NCBI GenBank assembly: GCA_964507855.1
Contig: CAZDQS010000003.1
Coordinates: forward strand, 21,988 to 85,987
Direction of reading: 5' to 3'
From: an uncultured Candidatus Saccharibacteria bacterium
GTDB lineage: Bacteria > Patescibacteriota > Saccharimonadia > Saccharimonadales > CAZDQS01
Length of the DNA stretch: 64,000 nt
The notes beneath the pieces are model-generated. The model saw nothing but the letters and a program-made list of their open reading frames with translations, made no database searches and was not told the DNA's origin. Every line of letters begins with the position of its first letter. The first letter of the stretch is position 1. Positions 36,958-44,109 of the stretch are shown piece after piece. The position numbers and the translations under genes are program-made.

Positions 36958-38796
36958 ATGATGATGACAAATAAACAAGATAGTCTGCATGCCATGCGTC
37001 ACAGCTTGGCACACATCATGGCTTCTGCAATAAAAAAGTTATGGCCAGAAGTTAAGTTCGGCGTTGGTCCGGTTGTAGAAAACGGGTTCTATTATGACGT
37101 TGATGTTAAAGGAACGAAAATCTCAGAAGGAGATTTTGATCGTATTGAAGCAGAGATGCAAAAGATCATCAAAGAAAACCAACCGTTCAAAAGATCCGAG
37201 AAAGTTATTGATAAGGCTATAAAATGGGCTAAAGATTCAAACCAGCCATACAAAGAAGAGCTTTTGAACGACCTTAAGCGTTCAGGTACTACAGTAGCCA
37301 AGGATCTCAATGAGGATGAAATAGGTACTTTCACAGAGGGTAGTAGTGAAGTAGACAGGGTGTCATTCTTTACAAACGGTGATTTTACAGATCTGTGCAG
37401 AGGGCCTCATGTAGATTCAACAGGTGAAGTAGGCAAGTTTAAATTGATGCGAATCGCTGGTGCGTACTGGCGAGGCAAAGATAATAATCCGCAGATGCAA
37501 CGTATTTATGGGGTAGCATTTGAAACAGACAAGGAGTTGCGCCAATACTTGAGCATGCTGGAAGAGGCAAAAAAACGCGATCATCGGAAACTTGGTAAAG
37601 AGTTAGAACTTTTCATGTTTCATGATACAGCTCCCGGAATGCCGTACTGGCTTCCAAAAGGTGTAGTTATATATAATCAACTCGTAGACTTTTGGCGCAA
37701 AGAGCATCAGATGAGAGATTATCAGGAGATTGTATCACCTATTCTGAATAAAAAAGAGCTTTATCAGACCTCTGGGCATTACGATCACTATTGGCAGGAA
37801 ATGTTTACTACTGAGGAAAATGAAGATGGCGAAGTTTATGGGGTAAAGGCTATGAATTGCCCAAACGCAATGGTCGTTTTTGGATCAAAGCAGCGATCAT
37901 ATCGTGATCTGCCGCTTAGGCTTAGCGACACAGACACACTGCACAGAAATGAACGTTCAGGTACATTGAATGGGCTATTGAGGGTTCGAGAATTCAGACA
38001 GGACGATGCGCATATCTTTGTCGAGCCCAACCAGATAAAAGAAGAATATGAAAAGATCCTTGAGATAACTGAAAAATTCTACTCGATTTTTAACATGTCA
38101 TACTCATTTAGACTCGGTACGCGGCCTGATAAATTCATGGGGGATGAAAAACTTTGGGATGAAGCAGAGTCGACACTTGAGGACATATTAAAAGATAGTG
38201 GAAAAGACTATTTTATCGAGGAGGGCGACGGCGCATTCTACGGGCCAAAGATAGATATCCTGATGAAAGATGCACTCGGTCGTTCATGGCAAATGGGAAC
38301 CATGCAATTGGACTTCCAGCAGCCTCTCAGATTTGACCTGAAATACACAGACAGAGATGGATTAGAGAAGACCCCAATTGTGATTCATAGAGTTATCTAC
38401 GGATCGCTGGAGCGTTTTATAGGTATACTTATTGAGCATTTAGCCGGTAAGTTTCCTGTTTGGCTTGCGCCGGAACAAGTTAGATTAATTACCGTTAATC
38501 AAGAGCCTCCAACAGTCGAATTCGCGAATAAGATGCTTGCAAGAGCTAGAGATTTGGGCGTACGAGCCAGTGTTGATAATAATAACGAATCAGTAGGCAA
38601 AAAGATTCGTCAAGCGGAGATTGAGAAAGTTCCATACACGATCGTAGTAGGCGAGCAAGAAATCGCGAGCAATGAGGTATTGCCCCGCATACGTAAAGAC
38701 CTAGTTGACGCTAAAGACGTAAAAAAAATTATGTCTGATGACTTCCTGAGACAGGTTGCGGAAGAATCGGCACTTCGCGTTACACCTTTTGCTTAA
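36958..38796 (+). CDS. thrS: threonine--tRNA ligase lacking the N-terminal TGS domain
   Basis: 612 aa. Editing motifs RHSLAH and CRGPH, MNCP, HRNERSG...RVREFRQDDAHIF, HRVIYGSLERF, and an anticodon-binding C-terminus. AT-rich with AGA codons. Confidence 0.93.
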   Translation: MMMTNKQDSLHAMRHSLAHIMASAIKKLWPEVKFGVGPVVENGFYYDVDVKGTKISEGDFDRIEAEMQKIIKENQPFKRSEKVIDKAIKWAKDSNQPYKEELLNDLKRSGTTVAKDLNEDEIGTFTEGSSEVDRVSFFTNGDFTDLCRGPHVDSTGEVGKFKLMRIAGAYWRGKDNNPQMQRIYGVAFETDKELRQYLSMLEEAKKRDHRKLGKELELFMFHDTAPGMPYWLPKGVVIYNQLVDFWRKEHQMRDYQEIVSPILNKKELYQTSGHYDHYWQEMFTTEENEDGEVYGVKAMNCPNAMVVFGSKQRSYRDLPLRLSDTDTLHRNERSGTLNGLLRVREFRQDDAHIFVEPNQIKEEYEKILEITEKFYSIFNMSYSFRLGTRPDKFMGDEKLWDEAESTLEDILKDSGKDYFIEEGDGAFYGPKIDILMKDALGRSWQMGTMQLDFQQPLRFDLKYTDRDGLEKTPIVIHRVIYGSLERFIGILIEHLAGKFPVWLAPEQVRLITVNQEPPTVEFANKMLARARDLGVRASVDNNNESVGKKIRQAEIEKVPYTIVVGEQEIASNEVLPRIRKDLVDAKDVKKIMSDDFLRQVAEESALRVTPFA

Positions 38797-39476
38797 GGGT
38801 ACTGTACTCTATCGCGTACAACCAGCGGTTCCTTTTCCCAGTCAGTTGGTGGGAGGTTTTCGCCAACAAACCAGCGTGCCTGTCGCGTGCTTGCCTCTCG
38901 TTGAAATAGTGAAGGAGCCTCCTCGTTTGTGCGGTGATCTACGAGTGATGGACATGTGTACCAGCAGCGAATCTGCTGCCTAGCAAAATACCATGCGATG
39001 CGACGTTCATCGCGCTCGGTTTCAGTAACAGAATCACACCATTCGAGCATTTCCGGAATAGACGCCACAGGTAATGCATAGGCAACGCCCCACCATGGGC
39101 CTTCCATCTCCAGCCAGGGTACATCGCTTTGCTTTACTCTATCCAATGCTGGCGCAACAATTTCTGCGTGTGGTCGTGGTCCGCCCAAATAAAATGAAAC
39201 TGGGCGGATCGGATCCACGCTTCGGAGTGCCGCCTCGGCATGAATCTGAAAATCCCGGCAAAGTATCGCATCATCTTGGACTACAAGATGCCATAGACAA
39301 GCGCGACCGTATGCGCGCCAAGCACGCGATGCTGTATCCCAAATTCCTTTTTCTTGATCCAAATGCACTTTAGCATCTGGGAGTTGTTTTTGAAGCTCGT
39401 CAACAAATTTCATTCGTGATGGATGTGCCATTATTGCAGTTGACAGGAAGGGCTTCTCACTCTCCAGTATTTTCAT
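38793..39476 (-). CDS. hypothetical protein (227 aa), possible GT-A-fold nucleotide-sugar transferase
   Basis: Clean ORF. The hint is only VVQDDAIL (DxD-like). Its stop overlaps the thrS stop within TTAA, and its start overlaps the upstream gene by 4 nt. Confidence 0.7.
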   Translation of the reverse strand: MKILESEKPFLSTAIMAHPSRMKFVDELQKQLPDAKVHLDQEKGIWDTASRAWRAYGRACLWHLVVQDDAILCRDFQIHAEAALRSVDPIRPVSFYLGGPRPHAEIVAPALDRVKQSDVPWLEMEGPWWGVAYALPVASIPEMLEWCDSVTETERDERRIAWYFARQQIRCWYTCPSLVDHRTNEEAPSLFQREASTRQARWFVGENLPPTDWEKEPLVVRDRVQYP

Positions 39477-40342
39477 GATGTTGCATCCTCAAAATCCACC
39501 AATATACCAACGCTCGCCCCTATTGGGTTATTTGGGCGAGGGAAAAGGACTCCCATATTAGTGCTAGTAGCACGAAGCTCTTTTTGACCATCCCAGGCAA
39601 ATGGGCCCTGTTGGAGGCGCACACCAGACTTAACGTGTGGAGCATAGTCAAATTGATCCGATTCGCGGATAATTAACTCTCTAGCTTGTGCGATAGGCGG
39701 TTTTGGCGTCAGTACCTCACCGGTATCCTTGATCCCCGTGAGCGATAAAAATCTACGGACGGCGCTTCGTGCAATAGCGGTGTTATCATCTTTATGATAG
39801 CCCAGTTCAAGGCAAACCCCAATCCTCCCGAGCTCGTACATATATGCATCTGATGTACCCGGTTCGACAGTCTCTAGACCATGAACGAACAGATCAGCGC
39901 CAAGAGACGTAGCCACATGCGACGATAAAACTGAAGCTATTGCAACTGACCCTAGGCCAATATCTTTATGCTCGTGTAGGTCTAAGCAGGCATCAGATTC
40001 GTTTAGAATATCCATTATTAAACGGGCTGACTTAAACTCGGGCTGAGGGCCGGTTTCAGTTTCGGTAGTGGTTAGGATTGTATTAAGATTCAAGTTCACT
40101 GCTCTTACGCCAATTTCATAAGCAGTAGGGTTAGCAATTATGATTGATAGCGAGCCTCTGTCTAGTTCTAGCTTTTCTCGGTCATTCAGTATATTCTCGA
40201 GAAAACGAACCGCAGACGGTTCGTCACCGTGCATTCCGCCAATAATCGCTACGTTTGGCCCTGAGACACCAGAATCAAGCACTTTAACTATAGGCGGCTC
40301 GATATTATATATCGCTTGGCCAGAGTTTTCCTTGTTTGGCAT
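39473..40342 (-). CDS. AstE/AspA-family zinc deacylase (succinylglutamate desuccinylase/aspartoacylase-like, M14-related)
   Basis: 289 aa with IIGGMHGDEP (His/Glu zinc ligands) and CLDLHEH (third His region). Confidence 0.78.
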   Translation of the reverse strand: MPNKENSGQAIYNIEPPIVKVLDSGVSGPNVAIIGGMHGDEPSAVRFLENILNDREKLELDRGSLSIIIANPTAYEIGVRAVNLNLNTILTTTETETGPQPEFKSARLIMDILNESDACLDLHEHKDIGLGSVAIASVLSSHVATSLGADLFVHGLETVEPGTSDAYMYELGRIGVCLELGYHKDDNTAIARSAVRRFLSLTGIKDTGEVLTPKPPIAQARELIIRESDQFDYAPHVKSGVRLQQGPFAWDGQKELRATSTNMGVLFPRPNNPIGASVGILVDFEDATS

Positions 40343-40448
40343 CCACTTTCATACTTCTGCCTACCCAATAATTATACGATTAATATGCATACATTGTAGC
40401 ATACTCCAGAGCTGAAGTTGCGGTTACGATAAGTTTTGCATGTCGCTG

Positions 40449-40714
40449 CGAAGCTCCGACGCCTCTGCCAATTTTGGCAGGCGAACCGACAGAAAATTCC
40501 GACCCTTTCAACTAAAAAGAAAAAATACGGCGGGGGAAATCTCAAAAAATGCAAAGGCTTTTTCTGGCGGGGCGCTAGCTGGGCAGACTTGCCCGCTAGG
40601 CGGCGGGGTTTGACTTCTGGTTTCGCAAATTGTCCTCTTTTTTCCATTTCACATCTGTTCTTATCTGTTGGTCTTTGCTAAAATAGGTTCTAGCGTATCG
40701 GTAGAAATGCTCCA
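40449..40714 (-). repeat. IR-B right copy (266 bp)
   Basis: Perfect reverse complement of 35111-35376. Ends with GCTCCA, identical to the tRNA-Thr(GGU) 3' end. Confidence 0.97.
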
Positions 40715-40718
40715 TTAG

Positions 40719-40747
40719 TTGATGCTATATGGTTTTCGTGGTATAAT
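40719..40747 (+). promoter_or_regulatory. candidate promoter (TTGATG-N17-TGgTATAAT) for PspC-domain gene/rpmG
   Basis: Hexamers at 40719-40724 and 40742-40747 with a TG extension. Begins 5 nt after the island boundary. Confidence 0.55.
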
Positions 40748-40764
40748 AATAAGTATTAATTCAG

Positions 40765-40989
40765 ATGGGTGGCCTTTACATGCAAAAGAAGCTCTACCGG
40801 AGTCGAACAGATAGGATGCTCACAGGACTTTGTGGGGGCATCGCGAAGTACCTCGGTGTCGATGCAACCTTGGTGCGTCTCGTGATGGTACTGCTGGAAT
40901 TTGCAACGGTTGGACTTCTTATCATCGGTTATTTCATCATAGCTATAATCGTTCCCCTGGAACCAGAAGGAGATAATATAAATGGCTAA
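40765..40989 (+). CDS. PspC-domain membrane protein
   Basis: 74 aa (or 69 aa from ATG 40780) with the motif LYRSRTDRMLTGLCGGIAKYLGVDATLVRL plus one TM segment. Confidence 0.8.
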   Translation: MGGLYMQKKLYRSRTDRMLTGLCGGIAKYLGVDATLVRLVMVLLEFATVGLLIIGYFIIAIIVPLEPEGDNING

Positions 40990-41185
40990 AAAAGGCGAGA
41001 AGCGAAAAACAATAGGTCTTGTGAGCGAAGAAAGCGGCCACAGGACATATTACACGCGCAAAAACACAATGAATACCCCCGATAAGCTACGCCTTCGCAA
41101 GTATGACCCAGTGCTGCGCAAGCACGTCTGGTACTCAGAAACCAAGAAAAACCTTGGCCGCAACGAAGTCAAGCCGAAGAAGTAA
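40982..41185 (+). CDS. rpmG: 50S ribosomal protein L33 (cysteine-free form)
   Basis: 67 aa with ...YYTRKNTMNTPDKLRLRKYDPVLRKHVWYSETKK. No Cys residues. Confidence 0.9.
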   Translation: MAKKGEKRKTIGLVSEESGHRTYYTRKNTMNTPDKLRLRKYDPVLRKHVWYSETKKNLGRNEVKPKK

Positions 41186-41204
41186 TAACGTTACTATATA
41201 AAAC

Positions 41205-41232
41205 AATCGCCTTCTCGTGAGGCGATTTTTTA
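41205..41232 (+). terminator. intrinsic terminator after rpmG
   Basis: Stem ATCGCCT/AGGCGAT with a 7-nt loop, then TTTTTTATT. Confidence 0.65.
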
Positions 41233-41233
41233 T

Positions 41234-41254
41234 TGGCAGGGGAGACAGGACTTG
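41234..41254 (-). repeat. 21-nt duplicate of the tRNA-Trp 3' end (T-loop to CCA)
   Basis: TGGCAGGGGAGACAGGACTTG is identical to 41399-41419, in direct orientation, 165 bp apart. Confidence 0.85.
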
Positions 41255-41368
41255 GCTCTTTATGCTCGCTCAAAGATTGATCTTTTCGCTCGGTCAAGCA
41301 AGCAAAACTCAAATGTCCACCGGACATTTTCGACCCAAGGGTTCAAATCTGTCCCGCCTCCAGAACAC

Positions 41369-41389
41369 AAAAACCACCAAAAGGTGGCT
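41369..41389 (-). terminator. candidate terminator downstream of tRNA-Trp
   Basis: The minus strand reads GCCACC-TTTT-GGTGGT followed by TTTTT. Confidence 0.45.
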
Positions 41390-41398
41390 TCCATGTTC

Positions 41399-41474
41399 TG
41401 GCAGGGGAGACAGGACTTGAACCTGCGACACCCGGTTTTGGAGACCGGTGCTCTACCAACTGAGCTACTCCCCT
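41399..41474 (-). tRNA. tRNA-Trp (anticodon CCA), CCA end encoded
   Basis: The reverse complement folds as: acceptor AGGGGAG/CTCCCCT, D-arm GCTCAGTTGGTAGAGC, anticodon loop CTCCAAA, T-arm GCAGGTTCAAGTCCTGT. Confidence 0.92.
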
Positions 41475-41583
41475 TTACTAAGCCGCTTACCGCGACTTTT
41501 CCGTCGGAGATAATTATAACTTACAAGTCTTCAAGGGTAAAACTTTTCAACAGATGGCGAATCTGTTATACAATAATATATCA

Positions 41584-42243
41584 ATGAGTAAGATCGTCCT
41601 GAACAAACCACTTCTGATTATGCTGTACGGCTTCCCGGGGGCAGGCAAAACACATTTTGCGCGCCAGCTTACTGAGACGGTCAGTGCTGCACATATCCAG
41701 GGAGATCGCATCCGTGCGCAGCTTTTTGAGCAGCCTCGCTACGACAAGCAAGAGAACGAGATTGTCAGCCACCTGATGGAATATATGGCAGAAGAGTTCC
41801 TCAACGCTGGCGTGAGTGTTGTTTTTGATGCCAATGCGCTAAGGCTTGTGCAGCGCCGCAGCTTGCGCGACATAGCCCGCCGGGCAAAAGCTGAGCACCT
41901 GCTGATATGGCTTCAGATTGACCAAGAAAGCGCCTATGGTCGTGTTTCCCGCCGTGACCGACGCCGTGCCGATGACAAATATGCTGCCCCGTACGACCAG
42001 AAATCGTTCCAGGCCTACATCGCCGCCATGCAGAACCCCCAGAATGAAGAATACGTCGTTATCAGCGGCAAACACACGTTCAATACCCAGCGTAGCGCTG
42101 TCGTGAAACGGCTCTACGAGCTAGGTCTTATCACAGCTGATAGCGCTTCTACCAACGTCGTCAAACCAGGACTCGTAAACTTAATACCCAATCCTGCCGC
42201 CGGCCGCGTCGACATGACGCGCCGGAATATCGTCATACGGTAA
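41584..42243 (+). CDS. P-loop ATPase/kinase (AAA_33 / zeta-toxin-like fold)
   Basis: Walker A GFPGAGKTHFA. Start taken at ATG 41584 (MSKIVLNKP...), with TAATAT 5 nt upstream. Confidence 0.75.
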   Translation: MSKIVLNKPLLIMLYGFPGAGKTHFARQLTETVSAAHIQGDRIRAQLFEQPRYDKQENEIVSHLMEYMAEEFLNAGVSVVFDANALRLVQRRSLRDIARRAKAEHLLIWLQIDQESAYGRVSRRDRRRADDKYAAPYDQKSFQAYIAAMQNPQNEEYVVISGKHTFNTQRSAVVKRLYELGLITADSASTNVVKPGLVNLIPNPAAGRVDMTRRNIVIR

Positions 42244-42950
42244 TGGCATCGAAAGTCATAGACGTTCCAGGAGTCGGACCCGTTCACCTGTATAAGCGTC
42301 GTGGCTCACGGCACATCCGACTAACGATAACTCATGATGGCAAGGTGCGCGTGACAATGCCGTTCTGGACACCATACCAAACTGGTGTTTCTTTCGTGAA
42401 TGCCAAGAAACAGTGGCTTGAAGCCAACCAAGCGCTCCAGAAGCCTGTTCTGGCTGATCATGCACGGATCGGCAAGGCTCACACGCTGGTGTACTGCAGC
42501 GACACCAACACTACCCGGCCGGTTTCAAAAATCTTCATGAACGAAATCCGCATCAAATACCCGGCGACGTTGAATATCGATGACGTAAGCGTCCAGGACG
42601 CCGCCCGCAAGGCTTGCATTCGCGCTTTGCGCAAACAAGCCGAGGCCTTACTACCCGGCCGGCTTGCTCAATTAGCCCAAAAACACGGCTACACATACGG
42701 TAGCGTTACGGTCAAACAGCTCAAGAGCCGGTGGGGAAGCTGTGACAGTAAAGGAAACATTACGCTCAATGTCTTCCTTATGCAGCTGCCGTGGCACTTG
42801 ATAGATTATGTGCTGATCCACGAACTCGTGCACACAAAAGTTATGAATCATGGCACGGATTTTTGGCAGGAATTCGAAAACAGCCTGCCGTCCGCCAAGC
42901 TGCTGCGTCGCCACATCAAGGAATACAAAGCGGCTATTAACCCTGTTTAA
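42243..42950 (+). CDS. DUF45/YgjP-family zinc metallohydrolase
   Basis: 235 aa with the C-terminal motif IDYVLIHELVHTKVMNHGTDFW. TAATG overlap with the upstream gene. Confidence 0.85.
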   Translation: MASKVIDVPGVGPVHLYKRRGSRHIRLTITHDGKVRVTMPFWTPYQTGVSFVNAKKQWLEANQALQKPVLADHARIGKAHTLVYCSDTNTTRPVSKIFMNEIRIKYPATLNIDDVSVQDAARKACIRALRKQAEALLPGRLAQLAQKHGYTYGSVTVKQLKSRWGSCDSKGNITLNVFLMQLPWHLIDYVLIHELVHTKVMNHGTDFWQEFENSLPSAKLLRRHIKEYKAAINPV

Positions 42951-42993
42951 TTTTGCAGGTGTGCCATCAAGCACAAAAAGCTATAATGTGCTT

Positions 42994-44109
42994 ATGCCTG
43001 GCGCTAAAACCAAGACAGAAAAGGCAGCCAACAAGCTTGCCGCGGATATTGAGCATGAGCGGCTAACCAGCCTTATTAACAGTATGGCTGACGGTGTTAT
43101 TGCGACTGATAACAAGACGAACGTCTTGATATATAACGGCGCCGCACTGAACATACTTGATTTAAACACGTCTATCCAAGACAAGCCGATTTCCTCTGTC
43201 ATGAAAGTTGTTGACCGCAACAACCAGCCGATAGACATCCGCCGTATGGTTCTTGACACTCGGACATCCACCGCCAACCGCGACCTGCAACTTTGCCTCA
43301 GTGATGGCAGCCGCATTAGCCTGTATCTCAGCATTGCCCCGGTACACCTCGGCTACGGCCAGGACGGCGACCACGGCTTTGTACTCCTGCTGCGCGACAT
43401 AACGCATGAAAAGTCCCTCGAGGAGGAACGTGATGAGTTTATCAGCGTCGTCAGCCATGAGCTGCGCACACCCGTTGCTATCGTCGAAGGCAATATCAGC
43501 AATGCCAAGCTCATCGCCGACAAGACCGGCAACTTGACGCAGATAAAGGCCGCTTTAACCCAAGCGCACGAACAAATAATGTTCCTGAGCAGCCTTATCA
43601 ATGATCTTTCCACGCTATCCCGTGCCGAGCGCGGCAAATTGACCGTTGAGATTGAGTCCATTAACGTGCATGCGCTCGTCAAGGATCTCTACAATAGCCA
43701 CAAGCCCGAAACAGAGTCGAAAGGTCTGGAATTACATCTGGAGGCCGATCCCCAGCTTGAACTTCTTAAATCAAGTGAACTGTATGTACGGGAAATACTG
43801 CAGAACTTTATCACCAATGCCATCAAGTATACAAATGAGGGCCAAGTAACTATCGGCGCAAAAGCCCGGCCGGACGGCGTGCTTTTCCAGATTACGGACA
43901 CCGGTATTGGCATCAGTAAGGGCGAGCAGGAGCGGGTCTTTGACAAATTTTTCCGTTCTGAAGACTATCGAACACGCGCCAACAGCGGCACTGGACTGGG
44001 GTTGTATGTCTCAATGAAGCTTGCCCGCTTACTGCACGCTGAAATAAATCTCGAAAGCGAACTTAACAAGGGTTCAACGTTCTCGATCTTCATCCCCAAT
44101 CTCGAGTAA
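42994..44109 (+). CDS. cytoplasmic sensor histidine kinase (PAS + HisKA + HATPase_c), orphan
   Basis: H-box FISVVSHELRTP, N/G boxes (NAIKYT, DTGIGI, GTGLGLY). Start taken at ATG 42994, 7 nt after TATAAT (42982-42987). No response regulator is adjacent. Confidence 0.85.
   Translation: MPGAKTKTEKAANKLAADIEHERLTSLINSMADGVIATDNKTNVLIYNGAALNILDLNTSIQDKPISSVMKVVDRNNQPIDIRRMVLDTRTSTANRDLQLCLSDGSRISLYLSIAPVHLGYGQDGDHGFVLLLRDITHEKSLEEERDEFISVVSHELRTPVAIVEGNISNAKLIADKTGNLTQIKAALTQAHEQIMFLSSLINDLSTLSRAERGKLTVEIESINVHALVKDLYNSHKPETESKGLELHLEADPQLELLKSSELYVREILQNFITNAIKYTNEGQVTIGAKARPDGVLFQITDTGIGISKGEQERVFDKFFRSEDYRTRANSGTGLGLYVSMKLARLLHAEINLESELNKGSTFSIFIPNLE

Noticed and set aside
41270-41362. Possible complete plus-strand tRNA ending at GGGTTCAAATCTGTCCCGCCTCCA.
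   Set aside because: No 5' acceptor strand complementary to CGCCTCC or CCGCCTC lies within 100 nt upstream. The five nt before the T-loop cannot pair with the five after it. Treated as a fragment.
42850-42993. Upstream extension of the histidine kinase ORF (start at 42850), overlapping the DUF45 gene by 100 nt.
   Set aside because: The extension translates to Cys/Arg-rich sequence with no kinase similarity and overlaps a well-supported gene. ATG 42994 sits 7 nt after a TATAAT box and begins the sensible N-terminus.
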